A stretch of 64,000 nt of DNA from contig MU008172.1 of NCBI GenBank assembly GCA_010909165.1, forward strand, positions 806,001 through 870,000, read 5' to 3'. Source of the stretch: Anthoceros angustus. Taxonomy: Eukaryota; Plantae; Anthocerotophyta. How positions within the stretch are numbered: position 1 is the stretch's first letter; every line of letters begins with the position of its first letter. The notes under the pieces were generated by a model. It ran no database searches. It was not told the DNA's origin and was given only the letters and a program-made list of their open reading frames with translations. The translations under genes and the position numbers were made by a program. Positions 10,125 to 21,200 of this stretch are shown piece by piece.

Positions 10125-13100
10125 TCAACTCGGCGAGGCGACTTGGAAGATGGATGACAGTATGTCGGATATGTTGCGAATGTTCTCCTGGCAATTCTTC
10201 TCTGTCTCCTCGCCGGCCTTGCTTTCCAGTACGGCGGCATCTAACACCAGCTTCTGCTTTGCAATCTCAAAAATATTTTCGTCTACGGTTCCCTTGGTGA
10301 CCAGGCTGCAGATGTGAAGAAATAAGCAGATGAGTTGGCCGGCGATGAAAGAGAAGAACGAATGGGAAAGGAGAAAACACAAAGGCGTCAACACCAACCG
10401 GTACACAGTGACAGGCTTTGTCTGCCCAATACGGTGACACCGATCTTCTGCTTGCCTGTCCACTTGTGGATTGAAATCCACATCATGGAGAATGACGGTA
10501 TCTGCGCCCGTCAGATTCAGCCCTTGGCCTCCAGCTCGAGTTGAGAGCAAAAAAGCAAATATGTCCGTGCTACTGTTGTAGGAATCCACGAGTCCCTGTC
10601 TTACCGTAACTGGGGTGCTGATTCACAGGAATACCAATAAGCAAGTCAGGTATAAACCATCCAAATGCTGCGAGGCATGCTATGAAGATAAAAATGCAAC
10701 TCACCTTCCATCCAACCTAACATACTTGAATCCCATGATATCCAGTGCCCACTCCAAGATGTCAAGCATCCCAGTCCATTGGCTGAAAATCAGTGGACGG
10801 TGCCCAGCTTTTTGCAGTTCAGGTAGCAGTCTGGCCATTGCCTACAACAACAAGGTACAGTCATGAGGTGGCTTCGCCTAAGGCTCCGAAACACTCTACA
10901 AGGGCCCATAGGAGCGTTGAGATGGCAAACATCACAAAAGTGATACAAACCTGACATTTGGCAGAACTCACAGCATGCTTCTCATCCAGCTGGCCATAGG
11001 TATCTCCATCTCCATAGGTCACACACATCTGGAGACACAACAACATGTCATATCAGGCATTCGTGTTCAAACGTTGAACGACTTTGACAAAGAAGGTGCG
11101 CAGTGATGCAGTACCTTGTGTAGGGCGAAATCACTATAAGTGCTCAATTCTTCCCGAACACGTTGTACTGTACACTCATTGCCAAAAACTCCAAGCTGAT
11201 GAAACTTTGAGGACATACTTCTGATTGCTTGATCATTGAATATTCGCCGTGAGAGTAAAGGATGATTTGCAAGCTGCACGAGATGATGCAAATGTGAATA
11301 AACATCCATCAGGCAAGAAAATCAGCACGGGTGGATGGCAGGTGCCGCCTTACACACGAGTAATAATCTGGGAAAAAAGGAAAATATCCTTCACCTTTCG
11401 AAGTTCTGTGAAAATGCTGGTCACCTCACGCCGAGGAAGGGCACTCACTAAATTTCCCAGTCCAGCCTTTGAGGATTTTGCAGCTCGCGCCGCAACTATT
11501 TTTCTATAGTTGTCTACTGCTTCTTTGTAAGCAGCTTCTTGTCCTCGCAGCATTTCCAAAACCTCTAACTGCAATTTTTACCAGATGAGTTCCCAGGGAT
11601 GAAGCCAGCACATTCGCACATCAGAAGTTCAACAAAAGCAAAGTCTTCAGCCACCCTTACTTTCTGTATTTTTGGAACAAGCTGCTGCATCACATCAGAT
11701 TTCAGGCGTCGAAGGACAAACGGTCCAAGAATCATTTTAATTTGGCTTATGAGGCCCATGTTCTGTACAGTCTCATGCCCTGTTGCCTTTCGGTTGCCAA
11801 GTAACTTACTCAAATCAACACCTCCCGTGTCAAATGTTTTTGGCATCATAAATTCCAGCAGAGACCATAACTCCTGATCACAGACCGAACCACGTAAGTA
11901 CCAACTATAGATAGCTTGCTCTTCACGAGCAGACCTTCCAATGTTTCAACAAATGAACAAAGAAGAGCCATTGAGCCCTAAAACTGCAATTTCTGCTTGC
12001 ATTACCTGGAGGTCATTCTGTAAGGGGGTTCCAGTTAACATCAGACGGTGATGTGCTCCTTGTGCAACAGACCGCAAATGCCTAGTCCTAAGACTGTCTC
12101 TATCCTTCAACAAATGAGCTTCATCCATGAGCACACAGCTCCACTTCCAGCTCTTCATTAGCTTACGATCATGCCTTTGTTGCTCACTGTCAATAAAACT
12201 CAACATGAGATAACTGAACGCTCATACCAAAAATCCATTTTGCAGGACATGTCTGCAAAACAAACGCTTACCTCTCTCTTTCAAATAGTGAGTAGCAGGT
12301 GAGCATAACGTCAAAAGGAGGTTTTGCGCCTGACTTAGCCAGGGCAAGGAGCTCCTTACATCGAGCAATACGTTCATTCCCATGGTACATAAGCACAGAG
12401 AATGAAGGGCACCAGCGGTTCAGCTCACGCTGCCAGTTCTCTAAGAGAGAAGCCGGACACACAACAAGGTGAGGACCGAAGTCTTGATCCAGCTGCCTAA
12501 GAACAGCCAAGTACACTACAGCCTGCAAACCAATAGACCAGACCTCAGAACAAAGTACACAGGAGGTCCAAATGGAACCAACCAGAAAAAACGAACAGAA
12601 GTACCTGCACTGTCTTTCCAAGCCCCATCTCGTCTGCGAGGATAGCTGTGACAGGAAGCACGGTGCATCAGTGGACTGCATATTGAAGTCGAAAACTGAG
12701 GCTTATAGCTAGTCGTATTGACACAAAGAACCCCCTCAGGTCTGCATTATTTCAACTCCCATCCCCAAAAAAACGGATATTTCAATTGATCTCAATCAGG
12801 ATGAGTTCAGGCAAAATGATTCACCTCCACCAATTTTCTGCCTGTGCAACAGCAGGAGAAAATTCACTCCGACAAGCTGATAGCCAGTGAGGGACCGATC
12901 AGAACTAGAGGGCTCAATGCTACAGGCAGCCCAGACATCCTCCTGCAAAATGTGAAGCATATGCTTCAGACGAATGTGTCCCAGAAAATTACTAGATACC
13001 AGGAAGATTTACTCCATACTAAACATCCTGTCTCTGAAACCCCATACTTACAATCATTAGCAGAGTGACTAATGGACAGAGATGGGTTCAGTAGTCACCT

Positions 13101-14173
13101 GAGTTACCACTTTGGCTGCAGATGCATCCACCTCTGCATACCGATCACTGGCCACTGCACCAGACGTAGAACTGTTCCTCTTCAACTGCTTCCGGAGACC
13201 AGTTGCAATCTGCTCACACTTGTGCAAAGTCTTCTTCAGCAACTCATTACCACTTTCATTGAGAACAGACTTCCGTCCCGTGCCTTGGGAACTGTCCGAT
13301 GTCCCTGCTGCTTCGAACCCCATCCAAATTCATGAATATTGTCAGTCCGATGAAATAGAATGGGTAGACTTGTATGAGCAGCATAATGTACATGATCAAA
13401 CCTTCATCCTCCTGAAGCTGCCTCGCAATTGCCTCATCATTTGCACAATCATGGTCCATGTCTGGACCTTGATGATATGTTACAGAGGACTGCTTTCCTC
13501 TCTTCTCTGCTCTATAGTCGTACTCCTCATCACTGCTGTCGTCAACAATCCTGCTCCTTTTCCTCTTCCGTCTCCCCCGTGGGCTGCCCGGGGCTTCTGC
13601 CCGCTCGACAATGGACTGGGTTGGCCTCTTTGCACCCCGGGTATCATCCAATCGACCATAGCTTGCCCCATTCACAGGCCCTCTCTGTTTCCTGCTGCTG
13701 GCTTCAAGCGCCTGAACGGTATCACGTGAGCTGTCAACCACCCTGGCAGACTTGCCATTCTGCTGCTTCTCATCACCCGCTTGGTCCTTAGGAGGTGGCT
13801 TTCCACTGAATTTCACAATCAATCGCGGGAAGGGAGGGGCGTGAGAATCCTTCACAAATCCCGCAGCATTCTCTTCTTTACGATTGTTAGGCGATGAATT
13901 TCTCAATGCACTAAAAGCTGGTTTTACAGAGGCCTGTGGTGGTTGGTAAGCAAAAGATTCAAGGGATGGCCGAGTTGCCGTCATAGTAGGCTGCTCTTGG
14001 CGTGAATGGGCGGCCGCAGCACCAACATCATGTGCCGATGCAGAGGCTTTCACCAGCCGCCTCGTTTTGGTGAGATCCGGCACCTGCTGCCCCAACACTC
14101 GAGATGCTCTCACATCGAAAGTTCCTCCCCATTCATCGCTGTCCGAAAGCTCCTCTGCTGCAGTGCATTTCAT
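10125..14173 (-). CDS. CHR19: SNF2-family chromatin remodeller of the ETL1/CHR19 (SMARCAD1/Fun30) type, multi-exon
   Basis: N-terminus [15 protein letters not shown]. Motifs [20 protein letters not shown] (about 12605-12645), [45 protein letters not shown]. Confidence 0.93.
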
Positions 14174-15746
14174 GGTTGTGCTGCACAGTCTCGGCGATAT
14201 GAGCCCGGACCTTGTCAACCTGAAAACTGCAAGGGAGGAAAATGAGCCCTGACCATTGCGGAATGGCCCCAATCCGGAATTCCACAGCCTGGGCCCGAGG
14301 CCTGACCCTAACCTTACCGCCAAAGGCAGGCAGGTTCCCTGTGAGAAACGAGCTGAAGCTGGCAATCTGCTAAGGTGCTCTACCAACCTCGAGCCAAGAG
14401 GATGTCTCTAAGGAATTACATTGACAACGACAGTGCCCCTGTGTGGCCCCACAAAGAATATCCAAGCGATCATCGACGAATCCGTGCGCTAACTCTACCC
14501 CAATTCTAGGACCCCTGCACGCGCAAAGCTGGGGTGCAGCTTAAGCGAAGCCGTGGAACCCAGATTCAGGGCCCAGGCAGCTGCTAAGCTGGGTGCACAG
14601 CCAACAGCGGTGCTTGATAAATCCGGCCATGTCAAACAGCGTCCAAATAACTGAGCACACGGCAGGGAAGTGATAGAAGATAGGACAGATGGGGAGAAAG
14701 ACAAAGAAATCAGAAGCAGAAGCGGCACCTAAAGAATCTCATGAGCCCAGAGCTACCGGGGAATAGAGGTGAAGAGAGCCACTCCTTTGCAGCTTTAGGC
14801 AGGAGCGGCAAGAATGTGGGAAGGAAGGGCCGGCACAGAATGCTGCAGGTTGCGCTGCTACTACAAACCCGCCGCCCCGAGGTTTACCCAAGACCCGGGC
14901 ATCGGCATGGTGGATCCGCCCCTGGCAAAGAGGCTCGTTGAAACCACTAGAGTTTGGCGCCAAACAAGGCCACGCCGAGGAGGAGTTCACGCAAGTTCTA
15001 TTCAGGCTACTGTGTTACAGATCGAATGACCTAAGTGTTAGCTTTCTCAAATCATGCCACAAAAACAAATGCTACCTAGCCCACTTACGCCGCTATCTCT
15101 TACGCCCCTAGGTTTACTGCACATATCCCATAGAGAGCTTATTAAATAAGTCATACCTGGATTCACAACAAGCAGTACTTGGTGACAGGTCCCTCCTTCC
15201 TTTGTATATCATAGCATGTACACACTTAGATATATAAGTGAATTAGTTCCTCCTTTTGAATATCAGAGCACATACATATATAGATATATGAATGACTGAG
15301 ACTCGATTTGATCAATAATAACTCGCTTTACTAAAATTGTTTATGTAGGATATATATATAGAGAACTATATATATATAATACTATATATAGAAATAAAAC
15401 AAACTGTATAGAACCCACTTTGCATATGTGCATATAGTATGTACATATATGTACTCAACTTAATGAGACCACATGAGGTATACTATGTACAGATGTACCC
15501 AAAGCAAGAGATTGAGACCACATGGAAGATACTGGTATCACGGCCATCCAGAGGCCGCCCGCCACGTAGAAGTTTGACATGAAGAGACAAGAGCACATGA
15601 GCAGAGGTCAAAAGCTCGTGCATAAGTCGGATATGAAGAGACAAAAGCACGCCACATCCACCAGTGTCACCCGTGCGTAGGCAACCATGCAATGCAAAGA
15701 TCCGCCACGAAGAGAGGAGACTATGTACATGAACGTACACACAGTA

Positions 15747-16286
15747 CAGTCCACCCCCCCTAATTGGGGCTGGTTCGGAGTGGCTTTAGAGGTCCTATTA
15801 AGGGAGGTGTCCCGATTATATTTTCCCTGTTTAATAATATAAAAATATTATAAACTTCAAAAATCTAAAAAATACCCAAAAAAAGAAAATTTTAAATTTT
15901 GATTGATAGGTTTCACTAAAAATAACTTTTACCACTTCTCTATATAGTTGTTTGAAAGCTAGCACTCACTCTAAGCAACATCAAAAAACCTCTATCTATC
16001 ATAAAGGAAAAAGCTTAGCTTAAGAGTCTTCAATCACACCTAAAAGTCTATTGTGCTCTGAAATAATCGATTCCTTTTTCTTTATTTATTTTATTTTTTT
16101 TAGTAAAAGAATTAGAAATCCCATTTAGGGAGGTGAAACTAACATGAATGTATGTTTCAAAAGGTCCCAATTACCATTTAGGGAAAAGTCCCATTTATTA
16201 CATTGTAAACTAAAGGGAGTAGGATGGGAGGTCCCATTTAGAGAGGAATCCCATTTATAGAGTTCGCAATTAGGGGGGGCCGACTG
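15747..16286. mobile_element. Non-autonomous Tc1/mariner (pogo-like) MITE, 540 bp
   Basis: TIRs CAGTCCACCCCCCCTAATTG and (reverse complement of right end) CAGTCGGCCCCCCCTAATTG, 18/20 identical. TA on both flanks (15745-46, 16287-88). AT-rich non-coding interior with repeated CCCATTTA motifs. Confidence 0.85.
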
Positions 16287-17577
16287 TATGTATGTGGCTC
16301 ACTCATGGAGAATCCACTCGCGCACAAGCCTGACGGGAAGAGACTAGATTATATGAATAGAGGCCACTTTTTGCACATGCAAAAGGTCCGATCGGAAGAA
16401 AGGAAGGAATCAGAGACCACATGAGCATAGGCCGGACTCGAAGACCACATGAGCATTCCCTTGAATTGTATTACGTGCGCAGACATACAATGTAATAAGC
16501 ACGGATCAGTGACGGCTGGTTACATGGCCGGACAAGTAATAACTATCCGGGATCGGCCCGTAGTATAATTGCCAGCTTATTACATTAGTCTTACGTTGCG
16601 AGGCGTAAGTAATTTAGAGATTTTGAGCATGTGGTATGCACTACTACATTGTTGTAGTGTGATTAGGTACCTAAGATTGTTGCAAATCGAAGCGATTACA
16701 TCGGTGCTTCTCCAATGAACTGCTATGTGAGTCAAAGGCATATAGAAATAGGAAAGTCATTCATGCATTTCATCTTCTGCTCTTGCAAGTATGAAAGTTC
16801 TACACTAACCTAAGACATGGATTTGAACACCTTAACAATGGTAACATTACATCAAGAGAGTTATCAATAAAGAGGGTAACGTTGCCATAGTATTCATGTA
16901 TTACGCATACAAGGAGAGGTTACCAAGTAGGGAGGTCTCAATTATTATGAGTGCCGGTTGAATTGCCTTCAATATGTACTAGATATACAAGGTTAAGTTT
17001 TTCCTTAAAGCTACTTGTAATATGACAAGTACAATAATTGATGAGTAGTTTATGAGAACATATCATTGTTCAATTGACAAGGCTTTCTTTTGGTCTTCTT
17101 TTTTGGTTTTCATCAAGCTTACACTTTGAACCATTTAGATATTTCCTATATTAAATAGATAGTTATTAAGCCCATTGGATGAATTATTAAATAATTAATA
17201 TAAGAAACACTTTATTGGACAAGCAGAGATGAGATGTACTCATCCATCATATGAAGTTCTTAAAAAGAAGTTGAAGGCAAAATGAATATTTTACCAAAGA
17301 TTAATTACTTACATATCGAACTCCTAAGTATTAAAAAGGATGAAGCAACAACTTCTACCCTGAAAAGGTATAGCGATATTTTGAGCCACGGATGGAGAAG
17401 TATTATTATGCTTGCATCCTTACAATACATCGATGTAGTCTTTCTTATATAACTCCAAAAGCTTTGCCTGAATATATGCTTCTATATGCTTCGTCTTGCT
17501 TGTATATCAAGTCTAGGTAGTAATTATCTCTTTTATCTAATCTTTGAGCTATCTTATATTATTCTCATGAATGAGCT

Positions 17578-17700
17578 CCAAGGCATCAAAGAGCAAAACT
17601 TCAAGGCATCACAGGGCAAACCTTCAAGGCATCACAGGGCAAACCTTCAAGGCATCACAGGGCAAACCTTCAAGGCATCACATAGCAGAAACTCTAAGGC
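17578..17700. repeat. 23-bp minisatellite (AAACCTTCAAGGCATCACAGGGC), about 5 copies
   Basis: Near-perfect central copies with degenerate outer copies. Confidence 0.9.
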
Positions 17701-17730
17701 TTTGTCCAAAATTTATGTTTCTTTTTGTTC

Positions 17731-17988
17731 TTGGTAGTAATTATTTTTAGTGTGGAGCCCTCTAGTGGGTTCTCCTCCACCCTTTTTATCCCCTCTAGTG
17801 GATTCTCCTCTACTCTCTTTATCCTTCTAGTGGGTTCTCCTTCACTCTTTATGGATAGGAGAACCTTAAAAAAATGAAAGGTCATTCATATATTAAGTCT
17901 TGATAGTAATTATTTTTGGTCTTAAGCCCTCTAGTGGATTCTCCTCCACTCTCTTTATGGATATGAGAACCTGAAAAAATAAAAGGTC
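17731..17988. repeat. Nested direct repeat: 33-bp unit (CCCTCTAGTGGRTTCTCCTCYAC...) x3 inside a segment re-duplicated at 17900-17988
   Basis: 17731-17883 and 17900-17988 share TAGTAATTATTTTT...CCCTCTAGTGG...TTTATGGATA.GAGAACCT.AAAAAA..AAAGGTC. Confidence 0.85.
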
Positions 17989-18026
17989 TGTTACAAAATG
18001 TGTTCAGAGACTGGGAAAATTTCCAA

Positions 18027-18099
18027 TGGAGATGCGGGGTATCGATCCCCGTACCTCTCGCATGCTAAGCGAGCGCTCTACCATCTGAGCTACATCCCC
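18027..18099 (-). tRNA. tRNA-Ala (AGC)
   Basis: GGGGATGTAGCTCAGATGGTAGAGCGCTCGCTTAGCATGCGAGAGGTACGGGGATCGATACCCCGCATCTCCA, 73 nt. G3:U70 pair, anticodon AGC, T4 run just downstream. Confidence 0.97.
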
Positions 18100-18256
18100 C
18101 GTGGTGACATTGGATATTAAAATTTAATAGAAAAAACTTCAAGTTTTTAAAATGGTTTTTCAAGCAATAACGTGCCCGCGTAAAAGTCGGCCATCGTAGT
18201 GACGAAATTTCTGTACAAACGCTACAGCGAAATGATCTAAGGCTTACATAAAAGTA

Positions 18257-21200
18257 TTACAGGAGGACGCAACGGCATTTAGAGTTCAGTTTCCTGTTGT
18301 CTAATTCCTCCGCCGCAATCGGCACAGCTACTGCTGTCTTCATGTCCGGCTTCATCTCCTCTACGGTCGGTGCCGGCTCCAACGTCCCATCAAGAGCTTG
18401 GGGCTCGGGAGACTTGGCTTCTTCAGCACTGTCATTCTCGTCGTAGTACGTAAGGGAACGCCGTACGGTCGGACCCAACCCCAAACTTTGCGCCTTTCTG
18501 AAGCTGGGCTCCAACATCTGAGCAGCCAGAAAATGCCTGTCCTCCACCCCGGCCTGGGCCAACTCTAAGCTGGGACTTGGTGTGGCCAGCTCTCCCTGCT
18601 CACCAGCCGAAATAGCTGCATTGTAAATATGGTGCTCCACAGAGTTACAGAAGAGCAAACTAGGTGCAGCTCCTCCCTCACTTATGCTTCGCGCATCAGC
18701 CTTCTCAGAAATGGCGGCCTCCTCGGTGGTTTCGTCTTCTGCACAAAGCCTGACCAGAGTTACTTAAGCAGGTCACAACACCAGCCACGACTCTTCTGCC
18801 ATTCTCTAGACACACCTCAGCAATGCCACACGCTTTGCCTTGTTTTCATGGAAAAGGTGACGACAACAGTGACTCTCCAGGAACGCCACAATTTCTGCCA
18901 TCCAACACCCCTGCTAACCACCCTCCCCACCACTTCCTTTTACCCCTCCTGACGCAGGCCAACCACACAAAATTCGCTTCTTGCAAAAGCACCTGAAACT
19001 GAGCTAGAACGCACTGTGATGTTTGAGAGGTTACTCTGAGTCCGCGGTGGGAGATTTGTTACACCTTTCTGTGAGAGTGACCCTGTAATGCCACTTTGCT
19101 GGAAGGCCCTTAATGGGGACCTCGCCCTGTTCACCGCTACCTCAGGACCTGTTCTCTTATCTCCTGTCTCAGACTGAAACTGCTCCTCAAATCCATCTAT
19201 GAACAGCGAAAACGCGTCCGGAGGACTCACATTCAGCTTGTCACTCTTTTCCACGCTTGCAAGAGCTGGCGGAGGAACATCTTGCACAGGATCTCGGACA
19301 AGTGGCAGAGCCTCAGCCACAGCCTCCTCCTTCAGAGCCTGGGCCTTCTTCAGTTGCTCGAGTTTCTGAATCACAGCACTAAGACCACTACCCTCATCTT
19401 TACCTTCCACCGGCTCTATGTATACCTCGGCATGCACCCTCTTCACCAGTACTTCCGCCTCCTTCGCTCCCCAGTGGGCAGTTTCATGGTGCCCAGGGCC
19501 TCTACTTCCCACCGGAGCAAGCTTGGAAGGTGTGGAGGCTACCTTAGAATGCATATTCGTCTTTATCAACACGGTTTTGCCTGCTCCATCCTCAGGTTTG
19601 TCAGCTTTCGTAGTGTGGGCATCAGCAGTGTCCTGCTTCGATTCAATGAGGCCCAAAAACATATCGAAACATCCGTCAACCGAAGACAGACGCTTATCAG
19701 CCGTTGCTGGACTGGTCTTGATCTGCGAGGCCGACTTCGGAGCAGGGGAATCACTAACCAGCTTCTTTGTGATAGCTGGAATGCTGGTTATATCTCCAGT
19801 AAAGCCTTCCACACTTGGTTGGATCTTTTCCTCCTCCGAAAAAGCAGGACTTTCTGGGGCTCCCTTCGAGTCCCAATATTTCAGGTCTAAACCATAGTGG
19901 TGATCATCCCACGAGGACGTACTAGTTGATACTCCTGTATCTGTACTCCGTGAGAAATCGTCCTTGCCATAAAAGGAACTGGGACTGTAGTGGCTGAATT
20001 GCGGAAACCTGGAAAATTTGGGCTTGTCGTTCACCATAGTTTCTCGCTCCAGACGACCTGCAGGTTTGCACTTAGCAGACCCGAGTCCTGCTGGTATGAC
20101 AACCTGTTCGCTGCACTCTCGAATGTCAGTCCAGTCATGACTGTATCGATGGTCCAGAGATAGACTGCTAGCTTGGCTTTGAAGCTCGCTGGACAAATCA
20201 GTATCCCCCACTGCAGACAGGTTTCTGTCTGATGTTGAATTCGACCCGCAATTGGAACTCAGATATTGCGATTGCTGCGGAAGTAAACCCTCACCACTAT
20301 ACTCAGGCTCAGTAGACACAGCCTTTCCCACTCTGGCAGTCATGTCCGTCCAGGTACTCGTGTCGATAGCAGCGAAATTTTGCACTCCCTTTTGGACCCC
20401 TCGAAACGCAATAGACTGGTCTTCCTGGATATCAACGAAATCCTGCTCCACCGCAACCACAGCATCTGTCTTCCTCACCTCCGTATTTCCCCCACCGTGG
20501 ACTGAGTGCTCCTTGCGAGTACTAGCACCGTCAAATCTCATATCATTCGGAAATGCATAGATCATTTCAGGCTTTTCATCCCTTAACCCAAAGTGGTCTT
20601 CTTGGCTTCCCAGCCTCAGTGACCTTCTGTTATAACTCGATGGTTCCCCTGACCTGCTGTCCGGATCACATACGTCAACACTGACAGCGTCTATACTCCC
20701 ATAGGTGGTCGTGGCTTCGGAACCAGCGTTGCTTTCTACCTCATACCTGTCAAAATTGATAGCTTCTCTCTTCTCATCCCTGTCATCTTGACTGCCCCCC
20801 CATCCGGAGCTCTTCTCATCGTCCTTGTCGAGAACAAGAATTTGCACGCTCCTGGAGGGAGAGACTCTTTTGTTCCAGTCAGGGATGAGCTCATCAACAT
20901 CCTGTTCACTACCCTCAGTGTCTGCTGCAATGCTGACAGCCCTTTCCGAGCTCGCATTGCTGCTTGTTGCGATTGAAGAATCCATATTCGAGCGAGCCCT
21001 GTGAAGTAGGTTACTGGAAGCACCACTGAAGAAAGAGGATCCCGAAGCGCTTGAGTGCAAAGGTCGGAACCCACTGGCTGAGCTTCTGAGTTCCTGCAAT
21101 GCCAACAAGCAAGTGGCGATCACATCGACCACACTGCCAATGCAACAACAACAAACTGGAAAAGATGAATCACATTGATAAGTGAAAAAGCTTACCACAT

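Noticed and set aside
16491-16584. TG...CA-bounded 94-bp segment as a solo LTR
   Set aside because: Flanks TACAA and TTAGT are not a target-site duplication and the segment is very short.
17578-17988. 23-bp and 33-bp repeats as a possible CRISPR array
   Set aside because: Head-to-tail copies with no unique spacers, no cas genes, eukaryotic context.
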